Positions 5,906 to 15,185 of a DNA stretch of 64,000 bases are shown piece after piece. Source of the stretch: a virus (Duplodnaviria; Heunggongvirae; Uroviricota; Caudoviricetes); the IMG/VR virus record IMGVR_UViG_3300028534_000001, positions 4,338 through 68,337 of that record; one strand, 5' to 3'. The translations under genes and the position numbers were made by a program. Each line of letters opens with the position of its first letter. The stretch's first letter is position 1. The notes under the pieces were generated by a model. It worked only from the letters and a program-made list of their open reading frames with translations, ran no database searches and had not been told where the DNA came from.

Positions 5906-6742
5906 TTATTCCTTATTTTTTAAAAAATTTTCAATATATTCTACTTTTTCCACAAATTCAGCTGTTGTTTCACAAACATATTTAACAAATTCTGTTGAAA
6001 CAATTCTTTTACCTTCTTTATTTTTTGTAACATTACTTGTAAAATTTAAATAAATAATATTATTTTTGTCATCAAATTTAATATTATAAACATTATTTAA
6101 ATTAACATATCTATCACCTAATTTTAACATACCTACAGTAGCTTCTTTTAACCATTTTAACATTGTTTCTTCGTCTCTAAAATCTTCTATTTCATAAGAA
6201 GGTCTTATATTTTCAATATCTCTTAAATTACTTTCTGTATTTTTAAAATTTATAATAAGTTTTAAATCTTCTACATTATATCTAATATTAGTAATATTAC
6301 TCATATTATAAAAATTATTTTTAAATTTCATCCAATTATTTGGTACTTTCACTTTTTCTCCTTTTAATTTTATACATTCATTTAATAAATTAAAAATAGC
6401 TCTATTTCTTTTTGAAACTTTAATATTATAATTTAAAAATTTATTTCCTACTTTTTTCTTAGAATCTGTTGTAAAAAACGTATAACCATCTTCATCTTCA
6501 CCATATTGTGTAATTTTTAAAATTTTATTCATATTCAATATTAAATTTTCATCTACTAAAATAAAATTATCTGGTAAATCTGAAATTTTTAAAGTATTAT
6601 CAAAATCTTTTTGAACATATACATCATTATTATTTATATTTATCATTACATCAAATGTTGCACGATATTCATCTTTTTTAACTATTTTCAATATATGATC
6701 AATATTATATAAATCGCCATCTTTAGCTTTGACAAATTTCAT
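5906..6742 (-). CDS. hypothetical protein with four ~65-aa internal repeats
   Basis: YNIDHILKI / LNMNKILKI / YNMSNITNI / VNLNNVYNI. Confidence 0.65.
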   Translation of the reverse strand: MKFVKAKDGDLYNIDHILKIVKKDEYRATFDVMININNNDVYVQKDFDNTLKISDLPDNFILVDENLILNMNKILKITQYGEDEDGYTFFTTDSKKKVGNKFLNYNIKVSKRNRAIFNLLNECIKLKGEKVKVPNNWMKFKNNFYNMSNITNIRYNVEDLKLIINFKNTESNLRDIENIRPSYEIEDFRDEETMLKWLKEATVGMLKLGDRYVNLNNVYNIKFDDKNNIIYLNFTSNVTKNKEGKRIVSTEFVKYVCETTAEFVEKVEYIENFLKNKE

Positions 6743-6851
6743 TTATTCTCCTTGTTTTTATATTTATTTAAAAATATATTATTACATTTTAATACACAAT
6801 TTTATATCTATTTTTATATTTTTAAAAAAAGAATAAAATTATTTTTAATAA

Positions 6852-7085
6852 TTAAATTCTTTTTTGAAGTCTTTCAATTATATTATTAGTAGCTTCTTCT
6901 ATTACATTTTTAGCTATTATTTTTGCTTTATTAAATGGCATTTTATTTGCTTCTACAAATGCTAATTGACTTCTAAATTTTGATTTTATTTTAGAAATAT
7001 CAAATTGTCTTCCATTATTTCTAAATTCAATAACTGCTTTTGTAATTTCTGTTGCTAAATTATCTAAAATTGTTTGTCTATTCAT
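6852..7085 (-). CDS. hypothetical early protein
   Basis: 77-aa ORF, AAGGAG RBS, promoter TTGACT-N17-TATAAT at 7116-7144. Confidence 0.65.
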   Translation of the reverse strand: MNRQTILDNLATEITKAVIEFRNNGRQFDISKIKSKFRSQLAFVEANKMPFNKAKIIAKNVIEEATNNIIERLQKRI

Positions 7086-7224
7086 TTTTTCTCCTTGATT
7101 TGTTTTCTTATTATAATTATAACAAAAAATAAGAAAAAAGTCAAGAAAATATTATAAATTTTCAATAAGTTTTTTAATTTTTTTATAATCTTTTATTTTT
7201 TTTAAATAACACATAATTTCTCCT

Positions 7225-8262
7225 TTAATATAATTTTAATCTTATTTCTGTTTCTAAACAATTATATATATTTTTGTTAATTAAATTTGATATTTTTTCA
7301 TATGGATTTTCATATTTTTCTTTTATTTTACATAATAAAGAATTAAAATCTTTTGTTTTTATTCTTTCGTCCCACAAGTAAAAATATATTTTATTAGTAT
7401 AATTATATTTTTCACTAAATTTTAATAATTTTTCTCTTGCAGTTTTATCTACATTTTGATTATCTAAACATATTATTATTTTATCATAATTATTTATGAT
7501 ATTTTCATTTAAATCACTTCCTAATAAAGAAATTTTATTTTTTAGTGGAATATTATTTGAATACATATCAAAAACACTTTCAAAAACATATACTTTATTT
7601 GTAGTATTAAAATAATTATAAATTTTATAATTTTCATTTTCAATAGGAAGATAAGTAAAAAATTGTTTTTCTTTTATATTTCTATATTGAAACCCATAAA
7701 TTAAATTTTTTGATTTATCATACCATAATGGAAAAATTATTCCAGTATATAATTTATAAGGTTTAATTTCACCTTTTACTTCTAATTCAATAATTTTGTC
7801 TATATAATAAAATTCATCAAATAATTTTGGTGAAATACATCTTTTATATAAATAAGACATTGCTAATTTTGATTCAGTAGCTTTTATAATTCCAAAATCA
7901 TTTATATTGAATAATTTTAAATTTTTATCTTTTTTCTTTTCTATAGATATTTCTTCATTTAAAGATAATTCATTTTTTAAATTATTTATTTTATTAAATT
8001 TTATTTCATTTATATATGAATTATATAAATCTAAATCAACTAATTTTAAAAAATTAGCTAAATTAGAATGATGATCACAATTAAAACAATGAACTAAAGT
8101 TGAATCTTTATAATCATATAAATGACACCTTTGTTTTTTTCCTGCGCTATTACCTTCATTGCATAAAGGACACCCTATAGCAATATCATTATTGGATATA
8201 TGGGGTTTTTTATCCCAAGTAGGTTGAGTTGCCAAAAAATATCTTTTATCTATATCATTCAT
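7225..8262 (-). CDS. gp61: DNA primase, T4 gp61-like
   Basis: CPLC...HCFNC zinc finger; TOPRIM VFESVFD, LDN, KDFN. Confidence 0.85.
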   Translation of the reverse strand: MNDIDKRYFLATQPTWDKKPHISNNDIAIGCPLCNEGNSAGKKQRCHLYDYKDSTLVHCFNCDHHSNLANFLKLVDLDLYNSYINEIKFNKINNLKNELSLNEEISIEKKKDKNLKLFNINDFGIIKATESKLAMSYLYKRCISPKLFDEFYYIDKIIELEVKGEIKPYKLYTGIIFPLWYDKSKNLIYGFQYRNIKEKQFFTYLPIENENYKIYNYFNTTNKVYVFESVFDMYSNNIPLKNKISLLGSDLNENIINNYDKIIICLDNQNVDKTAREKLLKFSEKYNYTNKIYFYLWDERIKTKDFNSLLCKIKEKYENPYEKISNLINKNIYNCLETEIRLKLY

Positions 8263-8288
8263 TTTTTCTCCTATAAATTATAAAATTT

Positions 8289-9383
8289 TTAAAAATTAAA
8301 CATATCATTCATAATATTTGATAATTTTTTATTTGGAATAATACTTAAATCTATACCATTTAAAGTTAAATTTCTAACTTGATTTAAATTCATTTCAGTT
8401 AAAAATGACTCTAAAATTTCATTTGAAATATTTGATAAATTATTTTTATTTTCTAAAAATTAATTTATTATATTTTTTTTATATTTTGAAGGTAATTTTT
8501 TAATATCAACTAAAATTCTATTTCTCCTAATATTATCATATAATTTTTTCTTATCTTTAATTTTTTTATTTATAAATTCTTTTGGATTTTTTATAAATTT
8601 TACAGCTGTTTTTTCTCCAAATCTTATAGATTTATAAATATTGATATTTTTTTCTAAAGCTTCTTTAACTAATTCATCAAAAATATCTAATTTTTCTACT
8701 TTACTTGGTATAGTATTTTCAATATGTTTTTCTTTTATAAAATTTATGAATTCTTCTGTAAATTCAACATCAGACATAACATTAGGAATATCATCAGCTT
8801 TATCCCCAATTAAAATATGTGTAGCTCTAAATTTTTTTAGAATATCTTGAATAGATTCATTATTTTCTGTTAATTCATCTTTAATTGGTTGATATAAATG
8901 AACATTTAAATTTCCTATTAAATGTTGTTTCCAATCTTTATCTTCTGTTACTAAAATTGTTTCTTCTTTAAAATAATTACTTAATACATAGCCAATATCA
9001 TCAGCTTCTACATCATCTACTTGAACTATTATATATCCTAAACCTTTTTTTAAAAATTCTAAAAATTTATTATTTTTTTCAAAAAATTCTTCAAAATTAA
9101 CATCACTTTCATCTCTTAATTTTTTTCTAGAATTTTTATATCCTGATTTTTCTAAATATTCTTTTCTCCAATTTGATTTAGAATCTAAAGCTAAAATAAT
9201 TGGTCCATATCCTTCAAATTTTTTTTCTATTTTTGAAAGTGAAAATAACATTTGATGGACATACATAGGAAACCATTTTTCAGTTATATATTTTCCTGTA
9301 TTTTTATCTTTTTTAGGTTTTGAACTATATATAGATGTAAATAAATTTCTATAACTCAAATGTGAAAAATCAACTATTATCAT
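8289..9383 (-). CDS. rnh: RNase H / 5'-3' exonuclease, T4 rnh-like (in-frame TAA at 8460-8462, frame open to 8289)
   Basis: IIVDFS, LALDS..NWRK, YK..R, EADD, EDKDW.Q, GDKADDIP, GEKTA; 56 more in-frame codons after the TAA. Confidence 0.85.
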
Positions 9384-9412
9384 TTTATCTCCTTAATTTA
9401 ATTCATGTATCA

Positions 9413-9437
9413 AAAAGTAAGGAAAACCTTACTTTTT
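9413..9437. terminator. intrinsic terminator-like hairpin after gp32
   Basis: AAAAAGTAAGG-AAAA-CCTTACTTTTT inverted repeat. Confidence 0.55.
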
Positions 9438-9438
9438 C

Positions 9439-10401
9439 TTAAATATCATCTAGAAAGTCTAAATCATCATCTGATGAATTTTGTATAGTTTCAGGTTGTG
9501 TTGATTGAATACTTTCTGTTGGGATTTCTTGAGTTTCTTCTAATTGAGAATTTGTTTCTTTAGAAACATTTGTTGTATTTGGTTTTCCTCCATATAAGAA
9601 ACTTCCAATTGATTTTAGAAAATCTTCTACTTTTGTACCTTCAAAAATTTGTCTTAGTTTATCACATTGAGCTTCATATGTAATATAATGATCAGGTTTT
9701 AACCAATCTGAAATATCTTCAGTATTTTCTTTAATCCAAGCAAACATTTCATCACCACTAGTAAATTCTTTAATAGGACTTGGTGCCATAATTTGAGTAT
9801 CATCATAATTATAAAAACCACCAGATTTTTTTTGAATAAGTTTAATATCAGCACCTTTCATAGGGTCCCAAAGATTTATTGGTACAGCTCCTAATTCAAT
9901 CTCTTCTGGTGATGGATTAGCTGCTAATTGAAATTTATCTTTTAATTTTACTCCAAATTCCCACAATTTAAATTTACCTGAATTATCAGGTTTAATAGGG
10001 TCTTTTTTAACATAAATATTTGAAATAAATTTTGTACTTCTTCTAATATTTTCTTGTAATTTTTTTGCTTCTTCAGAGCCTACTTTTCCTAATTCTCTAT
10101 ATAAATCACTTACTGCACAAGGAAGACCAACTGAACTAGGTGATTCCATATCATAGAATTTTTTACTTCCATAAGCTTTTAAATTGATATTATGTCTATA
10201 AACTCTTACAAATGGCGTAATACTTTCTTTACCATCAACATTGATAATATTTGGTAATAATCTAATAACTGCTAAACCTTGATCTTTATCATTTCTACTA
10301 ATTTTCCAAAATCTTGGGTCTGGTCCAAATTTATTATCAATTGGTCCTTGAATACTTTCTACATTTTTAATCATTTCGTCAAAATTTAAGTTAAAATCCA
10401 T
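9439..10401 (-). CDS. gp32: single-stranded DNA-binding protein gp32
   Basis: DPRFWK...AVIRLLP...NIYVKKDP..P.N.GK..LWEFG; acidic tail DDDLDFLDDI. Confidence 0.92.
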   Translation of the reverse strand: MDFNLNFDEMIKNVESIQGPIDNKFGPDPRFWKISRNDKDQGLAVIRLLPNIINVDGKESITPFVRVYRHNINLKAYGSKKFYDMESPSSVGLPCAVSDLYRELGKVGSEEAKKLQENIRRSTKFISNIYVKKDPIKPDNSGKFKLWEFGVKLKDKFQLAANPSPEEIELGAVPINLWDPMKGADIKLIQKKSGGFYNYDDTQIMAPSPIKEFTSGDEMFAWIKENTEDISDWLKPDHYITYEAQCDKLRQIFEGTKVEDFLKSIGSFLYGGKPNTTNVSKETNSQLEETQEIPTESIQSTQPETIQNSSDDDLDFLDDI

Positions 10402-10513
10402 TCTTTATCCTTTATGTCTATTTTTGCTTTAGTGCCATACGGCTATTTTCGCTATTTCCGACTATTTCAAAATCATTTATAAAAATAATTTAACCTAAAA
10501 CTACACATTCTTT

Positions 10514-10554
10514 TGGTAAAGTATATTCAAAAATATAATTTAAGTAACTTTACC
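10514..10554 (-). ncRNA. UUACUUA terminal-stem RNA element, copy 7 (gene 32 leader)
   Basis: GGTAAAGT-TACTTA-AATTATATTTTTGAAT-AT-ACTTTACC-A, just downstream of TAAATA at 10563-10568. Confidence 0.6.
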
Positions 10555-10569
10555 TATATTTTTATTTAA

Positions 10570-11262
10570 TTAAACAATCATTTCTGAAATTACTACTAAA
10601 ACACCATCAATTTCTAAAGGTGTTAAAAATACTAATTTAACAACCATTCCTTCTTTTTCAATTTTAAAACCTTCAATTCTATAATCTAAAATAGGTAATT
10701 TTGAAATATATTCTAAACTTAATCTAATATCATCTTCAAATGTTCCATTATCTAAAATATATTCATTTTCATTTTCTAAAGTTTTATTAAAACTTTTACC
10801 TGTAATAATTTTATTATCTTTCAAAATCATAGTATCATTTCCAAGCATTCTTGAAATACCTATAATATCTCTAAGTTCACTACCTTTAACTTCACAATCA
10901 ATTATTTTATCTGCTGTTTGTCTTACAACATCAATACTTTTACTATTAACATCTTGAAATAAATTTAAAGGACTTTTTCTAATTTTTTGAGTAATTTTAT
11001 TATTTTTAATAATAATATCTGTTTCATTATTTAAATCAATTTCTACATCTCCTGATTTTTCTATAGTATCTATAATATTAAGTAAAGTATCTGTTTTACT
11101 TATTGCAAAATCTTCAAATTTTTCTTCACCTAATTTTTCCATATCAATAAATACAATTAAACTTTTTTCATTGTTTGTAATTCCTGTCATAGGATAAGTA
11201 AATTTAACTTGAGGATAAGTTAAAAAACTTTTTAAAATTTTTCTTGTTGTTTTTAATCTCAT
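10570..11262 (-). CDS. gp45: sliding clamp, T4 gp45-like
   Basis: 230 aa; T..ILKSF N-terminus, DFAI, LP..DY; replication context. Confidence 0.7.
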   Translation of the reverse strand: MRLKTTRKILKSFLTYPQVKFTYPMTGITNNEKSLIVFIDMEKLGEEKFEDFAISKTDTLLNIIDTIEKSGDVEIDLNNETDIIIKNNKITQKIRKSPLNLFQDVNSKSIDVVRQTADKIIDCEVKGSELRDIIGISRMLGNDTMILKDNKIITGKSFNKTLENENEYILDNGTFEDDIRLSLEYISKLPILDYRIEGFKIEKEGMVVKLVFLTPLEIDGVLVVISEMIV

Positions 11263-11320
11263 TTATTTCTCCTTTTTTTATTTTTAAAATTATAATATAT
11301 TTTTAAAAAAAAACAAACTT

Positions 11321-12055
11321 TTAAAAATTAAAAAAGTTTGTTTCTGTAACAATAGCTCTTTTATTTTCTTTACAAAAATCTTTTTCTTTATTAGGTTTAA
11401 TCATAGCATTTATTTTAGTATTACCTACAACAAATGTAACATCTTCAAAATTTTTAACAATACTATCATTTACCCCAAATGTAAATACTTGAACTTTTTT
11501 ATCTTTTAAATATTTTCTAATTGTTTTAGCAAATGATATAGAGCTTAATCCATCCACAAAAGTCAAAAATTCGTCTATTAAAATATAATTATATTGAGTA
11601 TTATCTATTAAATGAAATAAATAAATATATTTTACTCTAGTTTTTTGTCCTTGAGATAAAAATTGATATTTTGTTGTTAAAATTCTCATTTCGAATAAAC
11701 CAAAGCCACCTAATATTTGTAATAATTCATTCTCATTATTTTTGATATCAAAAATTTCTAAAATAGTTTTATCTTTATTTTTTTCATCAAAATCTTCATT
11801 TATATCATCAAAATCTAAAACTCTTTTACCTTGTTCTAATAAACTTTTTTTTAATTCTTCTTTAATTAAAGTTTTACCTGAACCACTTAACCCGAAAAAA
11901 TTTACAAATTTTTCTCCCATAAGTCTTATATTTACATATAATTTAAAATAAATATCAGCACCTAAAATACCAAATAATTCTTTGATTAAATTTTTTTCTT
12001 CTTCAGTATATTCTTTTTTTGTATATTTTACATCACAAAATATTTCATTTATCAC
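11321..12055 (-). CDS. soluble ABC-type ATPase
   Basis: Walker A GLSGSGKT, signature LSQGQK.R, Walker B ILIDEF. Confidence 0.85.
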   Translation of the reverse strand: MINEIFCDVKYTKKEYTEEEKNLIKELFGILGADIYFKLYVNIRLMGEKFVNFFGLSGSGKTLIKEELKKSLLEQGKRVLDFDDINEDFDEKNKDKTILEIFDIKNNENELLQILGGFGLFEMRILTTKYQFLSQGQKTRVKYIYLFHLIDNTQYNYILIDEFLTFVDGLSSISFAKTIRKYLKDKKVQVFTFGVNDSIVKNFEDVTFVVGNTKINAMIKPNKEKDFCKENKRAIVTETNFFNF

Positions 12056-12056
12056 T

Positions 12057-12935
12057 TTATTCTCCTTTATTGTATTGAAGTTTTTTTATATCTTCAATAT
12101 CATTATTATGAAGCAATATTAAAGGTAATTGATTATGTCTAAAATATAATAATTCTTCTTCAGTAAATTTATTATCATATAAAGTTTCATTAAAAAATTC
12201 TTCTATATTATCTAAATTTAAATTAACATTTTCAATATTATAAATTTCATATAAAATTTCTATATATAATTTTTTTAATTTTTCTTTATTTAAAATTTTA
12301 AATGCATAATTTGCTAAATCACCTGCTCCTTCTTTAAAACCTTTAGCTTTTCCACTTTGTTTTTTTAATATATCAAATAATTTTCTCCTTTTATTTTTTT
12401 CTAATTTTAAAAATGTTTTATTGAATGAATTTGGAATAAAATCAACTGTATTTAATAAAATAGATGATATTTCTATATAATCAATATAATCTTTTATTGT
12501 ATCAGATAATTTATCAATTAAAAATTTTGCTAATCCCATTCCTCTAAAACTTGGTAATATAACCATTCTAGCAATTACATACAATTCATATTTATCTTTT
12601 TTATATAAATTAGATAAAAAATTAGGACAAAAATACATATTTCTTAATGTTTTATTTAAAGAAGGTGTTCTCAATGCAATAAACCCTATATAATGTTTTA
12701 TACCATTTCTTACAATATTAAAAACTGCTAAATATGGTGAAGCTTGAACAATATCATATTCTTGCCCAAAATAATGATATTGCATCATATCATTATTTTT
12801 TATAATATTAAATCCTTCAAGTCTTGAACCATCCTTTTTAATGTCTCTATCAGAATAAATTTCAATATTTACTAATTCTTTAAAATTTATCTCTTTAAAA
12901 TCATCTTCTGTATAATTTATTTTTTCAATATCCAT
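12057..12935 (-). CDS. GNAT-family acetyltransferase (Mom-like candidate)
   Basis: IARMVILPSFRGMGLA acetyl-CoA motif; YHY near N-terminus. Confidence 0.75.
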   Translation of the reverse strand: MDIEKINYTEDDFKEINFKELVNIEIYSDRDIKKDGSRLEGFNIIKNNDMMQYHYFGQEYDIVQASPYLAVFNIVRNGIKHYIGFIALRTPSLNKTLRNMYFCPNFLSNLYKKDKYELYVIARMVILPSFRGMGLAKFLIDKLSDTIKDYIDYIEISSILLNTVDFIPNSFNKTFLKLEKNKRRKLFDILKKQSGKAKGFKEGAGDLANYAFKILNKEKLKKLYIEILYEIYNIENVNLNLDNIEEFFNETLYDNKFTEEELLYFRHNQLPLILLHNNDIEDIKKLQYNKGE

Positions 12936-12946
12936 ATTTATTCCTT

Positions 12947-14692
12947 TTAAAATTCAAAAATTTTATTTATATTATTTTCTCCATTTGAATTATCTTTTGT
13001 TGATATATTTAATATTTTTGAATATTCTAATTTGAATTCTTCAATGTTTACATTAAAATTTATATCTTTTTGTTTTATAGGATGTTCTTCTTCTAAATAT
13101 ATATTCAATCTTTCTTCTAAATGTTTCAAAGAATAATTTTTTTGTTTACCTTTAGAAAAATTATCGACAATATCCCATATTCTAACCTTTTCTTTACCTG
13201 ATAATTTTCTAATAGTTCTACCTAAACTTTGAACAATTCTTTCAAATCCTTTAGTTGAACTAGCTAATATTAAATTATGTAAATTTTTTATATTTATTCC
13301 AACTGAAAATGTTTTATAATTAGCAATAATTATAGCTTTTTCTTTATTTTCTACTTTTTGTCTTATTATTTCTCTATCATCTGCATCTACTTCTCCATAA
13401 ATAAAAAATATATTTTTTTCTTCGATTGATTTTAATATAATATTTTTATTATATTTTTTATTAAATTTTTCTACAGTTTTTAATGATTTTTCAGATATAT
13501 TATTAGTATAAACTATTTCACTATTACATTTTTCTAATTGTTTATAAGTTATTTTAGGTAAAAAATTACCTTTTATAAATTGTTCTACTAAATTATATCC
13601 TTGTTCTATATTTTCAAATAATATTAAAGTATTACCAAATTTTTCAGTAACTTTTAATGCTAAATCTTTAATATATTCATTTCTTTTTGAAAAATTATTT
13701 AAAAATTTTTTTTCTTGATTATAAGATAAACTTGTTATTAAATGAGAAATATTTTTTGGGTAATTTAACATCATTATTATAACTTCAATTGGTGTTCCAT
13801 AACCCATATCTATTAAATCTTTTGTAGAAACTATTTTATGTATTTTACCAAAAGCTCCAATTAAAGTCAACTCATTTACTCTACCTTTAGGAATAGAACC
13901 AGTAAAACCTAATTTGTATTTTGTATTTATACTATATGGAACTAAAATATCATTTAAAACTCCTTCCATATTTTTAGCTTGTTGGACTTCATCTACTATA
14001 ATACAATTTACATCTTCAAATAATTCTTCTGATTTATAAATTGATTGCCAAGTTGTTAAAGTTATAGGTTTTTCAAAATGTTTAGGTTTTCCAGCATATA
14101 TAGTATGAAAATTATTATTAAACCAATCTAATAAAGAACTATTTTTTAAATATTCTTTAAAATCATTTTCAAATTGTTTTACTAATCCAACATTAGGAAC
14201 AATTAAAACAACTTTTTTATTTTTTTCTTTAGCTAAATATAATGCTATAATAGCTTGTGTTAATGACTTACCGCTACCAGTAGCCATTCCAAATATACCT
14301 CTCCTATATTTTAAAGCAATATGAACAGCTTTTAATTGGTAATCTCTAGGAGTTAATTCTAAATTTAATTTTTTTATAAATTCATTAACATGATTTTTAT
14401 TATATTCAAAATTATCTTGATTTACTATATTAAATTTTATATAATTTTCTTCACAATAATCTTTTACAACTTCTAAAAGACCTTTATTTATTAACATATA
14501 TCCATTTTTGACTTTGTAAAATTTAGTATATCCATCCCACAATCCTTTTTTGTACATAGGATTAAATTCATAATTTTTAGGGTGGGCTTGGAGAATTTGC
14601 ATAATTTCTTTTGCAATTCCTCCATCTTTAAAACCTAACATTGCATAACTTTCATTTATAATTTTAGCTTTTATTATACTTCTATAATTCAT
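12947..14692 (-). CDS. uvsW: UvsW-like SF2 helicase
   Basis: WDG, PRDYQ, ATGSGKS, TWQS, VDEVQ, GFTGS, QSLGRTIR, WDIVD. Confidence 0.92.
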   Translation of the reverse strand: MNYRSIIKAKIINESYAMLGFKDGGIAKEIMQILQAHPKNYEFNPMYKKGLWDGYTKFYKVKNGYMLINKGLLEVVKDYCEENYIKFNIVNQDNFEYNKNHVNEFIKKLNLELTPRDYQLKAVHIALKYRRGIFGMATGSGKSLTQAIIALYLAKEKNKKVVLIVPNVGLVKQFENDFKEYLKNSSLLDWFNNNFHTIYAGKPKHFEKPITLTTWQSIYKSEELFEDVNCIIVDEVQQAKNMEGVLNDILVPYSINTKYKLGFTGSIPKGRVNELTLIGAFGKIHKIVSTKDLIDMGYGTPIEVIIMMLNYPKNISHLITSLSYNQEKKFLNNFSKRNEYIKDLALKVTEKFGNTLILFENIEQGYNLVEQFIKGNFLPKITYKQLEKCNSEIVYTNNISEKSLKTVEKFNKKYNKNIILKSIEEKNIFFIYGEVDADDREIIRQKVENKEKAIIIANYKTFSVGINIKNLHNLILASSTKGFERIVQSLGRTIRKLSGKEKVRIWDIVDNFSKGKQKNYSLKHLEERLNIYLEEEHPIKQKDINFNVNIEEFKLEYSKILNISTKDNSNGENNINKIFEF

Positions 14693-14701
14693 ATATAATC
14701 C

Positions 14702-15175
14702 TTATACTAATTTACCACCCATTCTTTTTCTAGTAGGTTTTTGTTTTACATCATAATTTCCAATAATAATATCTTCTAACATTTCTATTAGATCAAATGC
14801 TATTTCATCTGTTCCTTCTCTTTGAAATTTCCAATCATTTCTTAATTTTTTTCTCATTTTTGAAATAATATTTTCTACAAATTCTCTTAAAATTATAACA
14901 CCTATAATTCTAGTATTATTAGAACAATTAAACATTTCTATCGAAATTTCTTTAACTTTATTATAAAATTCATTATGCAAATCTAAAACAAAATCATAAA
15001 CCATATTATAATTTTTAGAAAATATATAATCAATATCTAATACTGATTCTGTTATAATATTTTTTGATATATTTTTAATTTCATTTTCTAAATCATTTAT
15101 AATACAAACATCAGTAATATTTATAATATTTGGATATTTTTCTTTAACTTTTTTATCAAAATCTTTTAAATTCAT
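14702..15175 (-). CDS. hypothetical protein
   Basis: 157-aa ORF with GGAG RBS. Confidence 0.6.
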   Translation of the reverse strand: MNLKDFDKKVKEKYPNIINITDVCIINDLENEIKNISKNIITESVLDIDYIFSKNYNMVYDFVLDLHNEFYNKVKEISIEMFNCSNNTRIIGVIILREFVENIISKMRKKLRNDWKFQREGTDEIAFDLIEMLEDIIIGNYDVKQKPTRKRMGGKLV

Positions 15176-15185
15176 ATATTTCTCC

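Noticed and set aside
795-10554. UUACUUA elements read as intrinsic terminators or MITE ends
   Set aside because: No 3' U-tract on the transcribed strand, several sit right after promoters, loops are long and structured, and no target-site duplications are evident.
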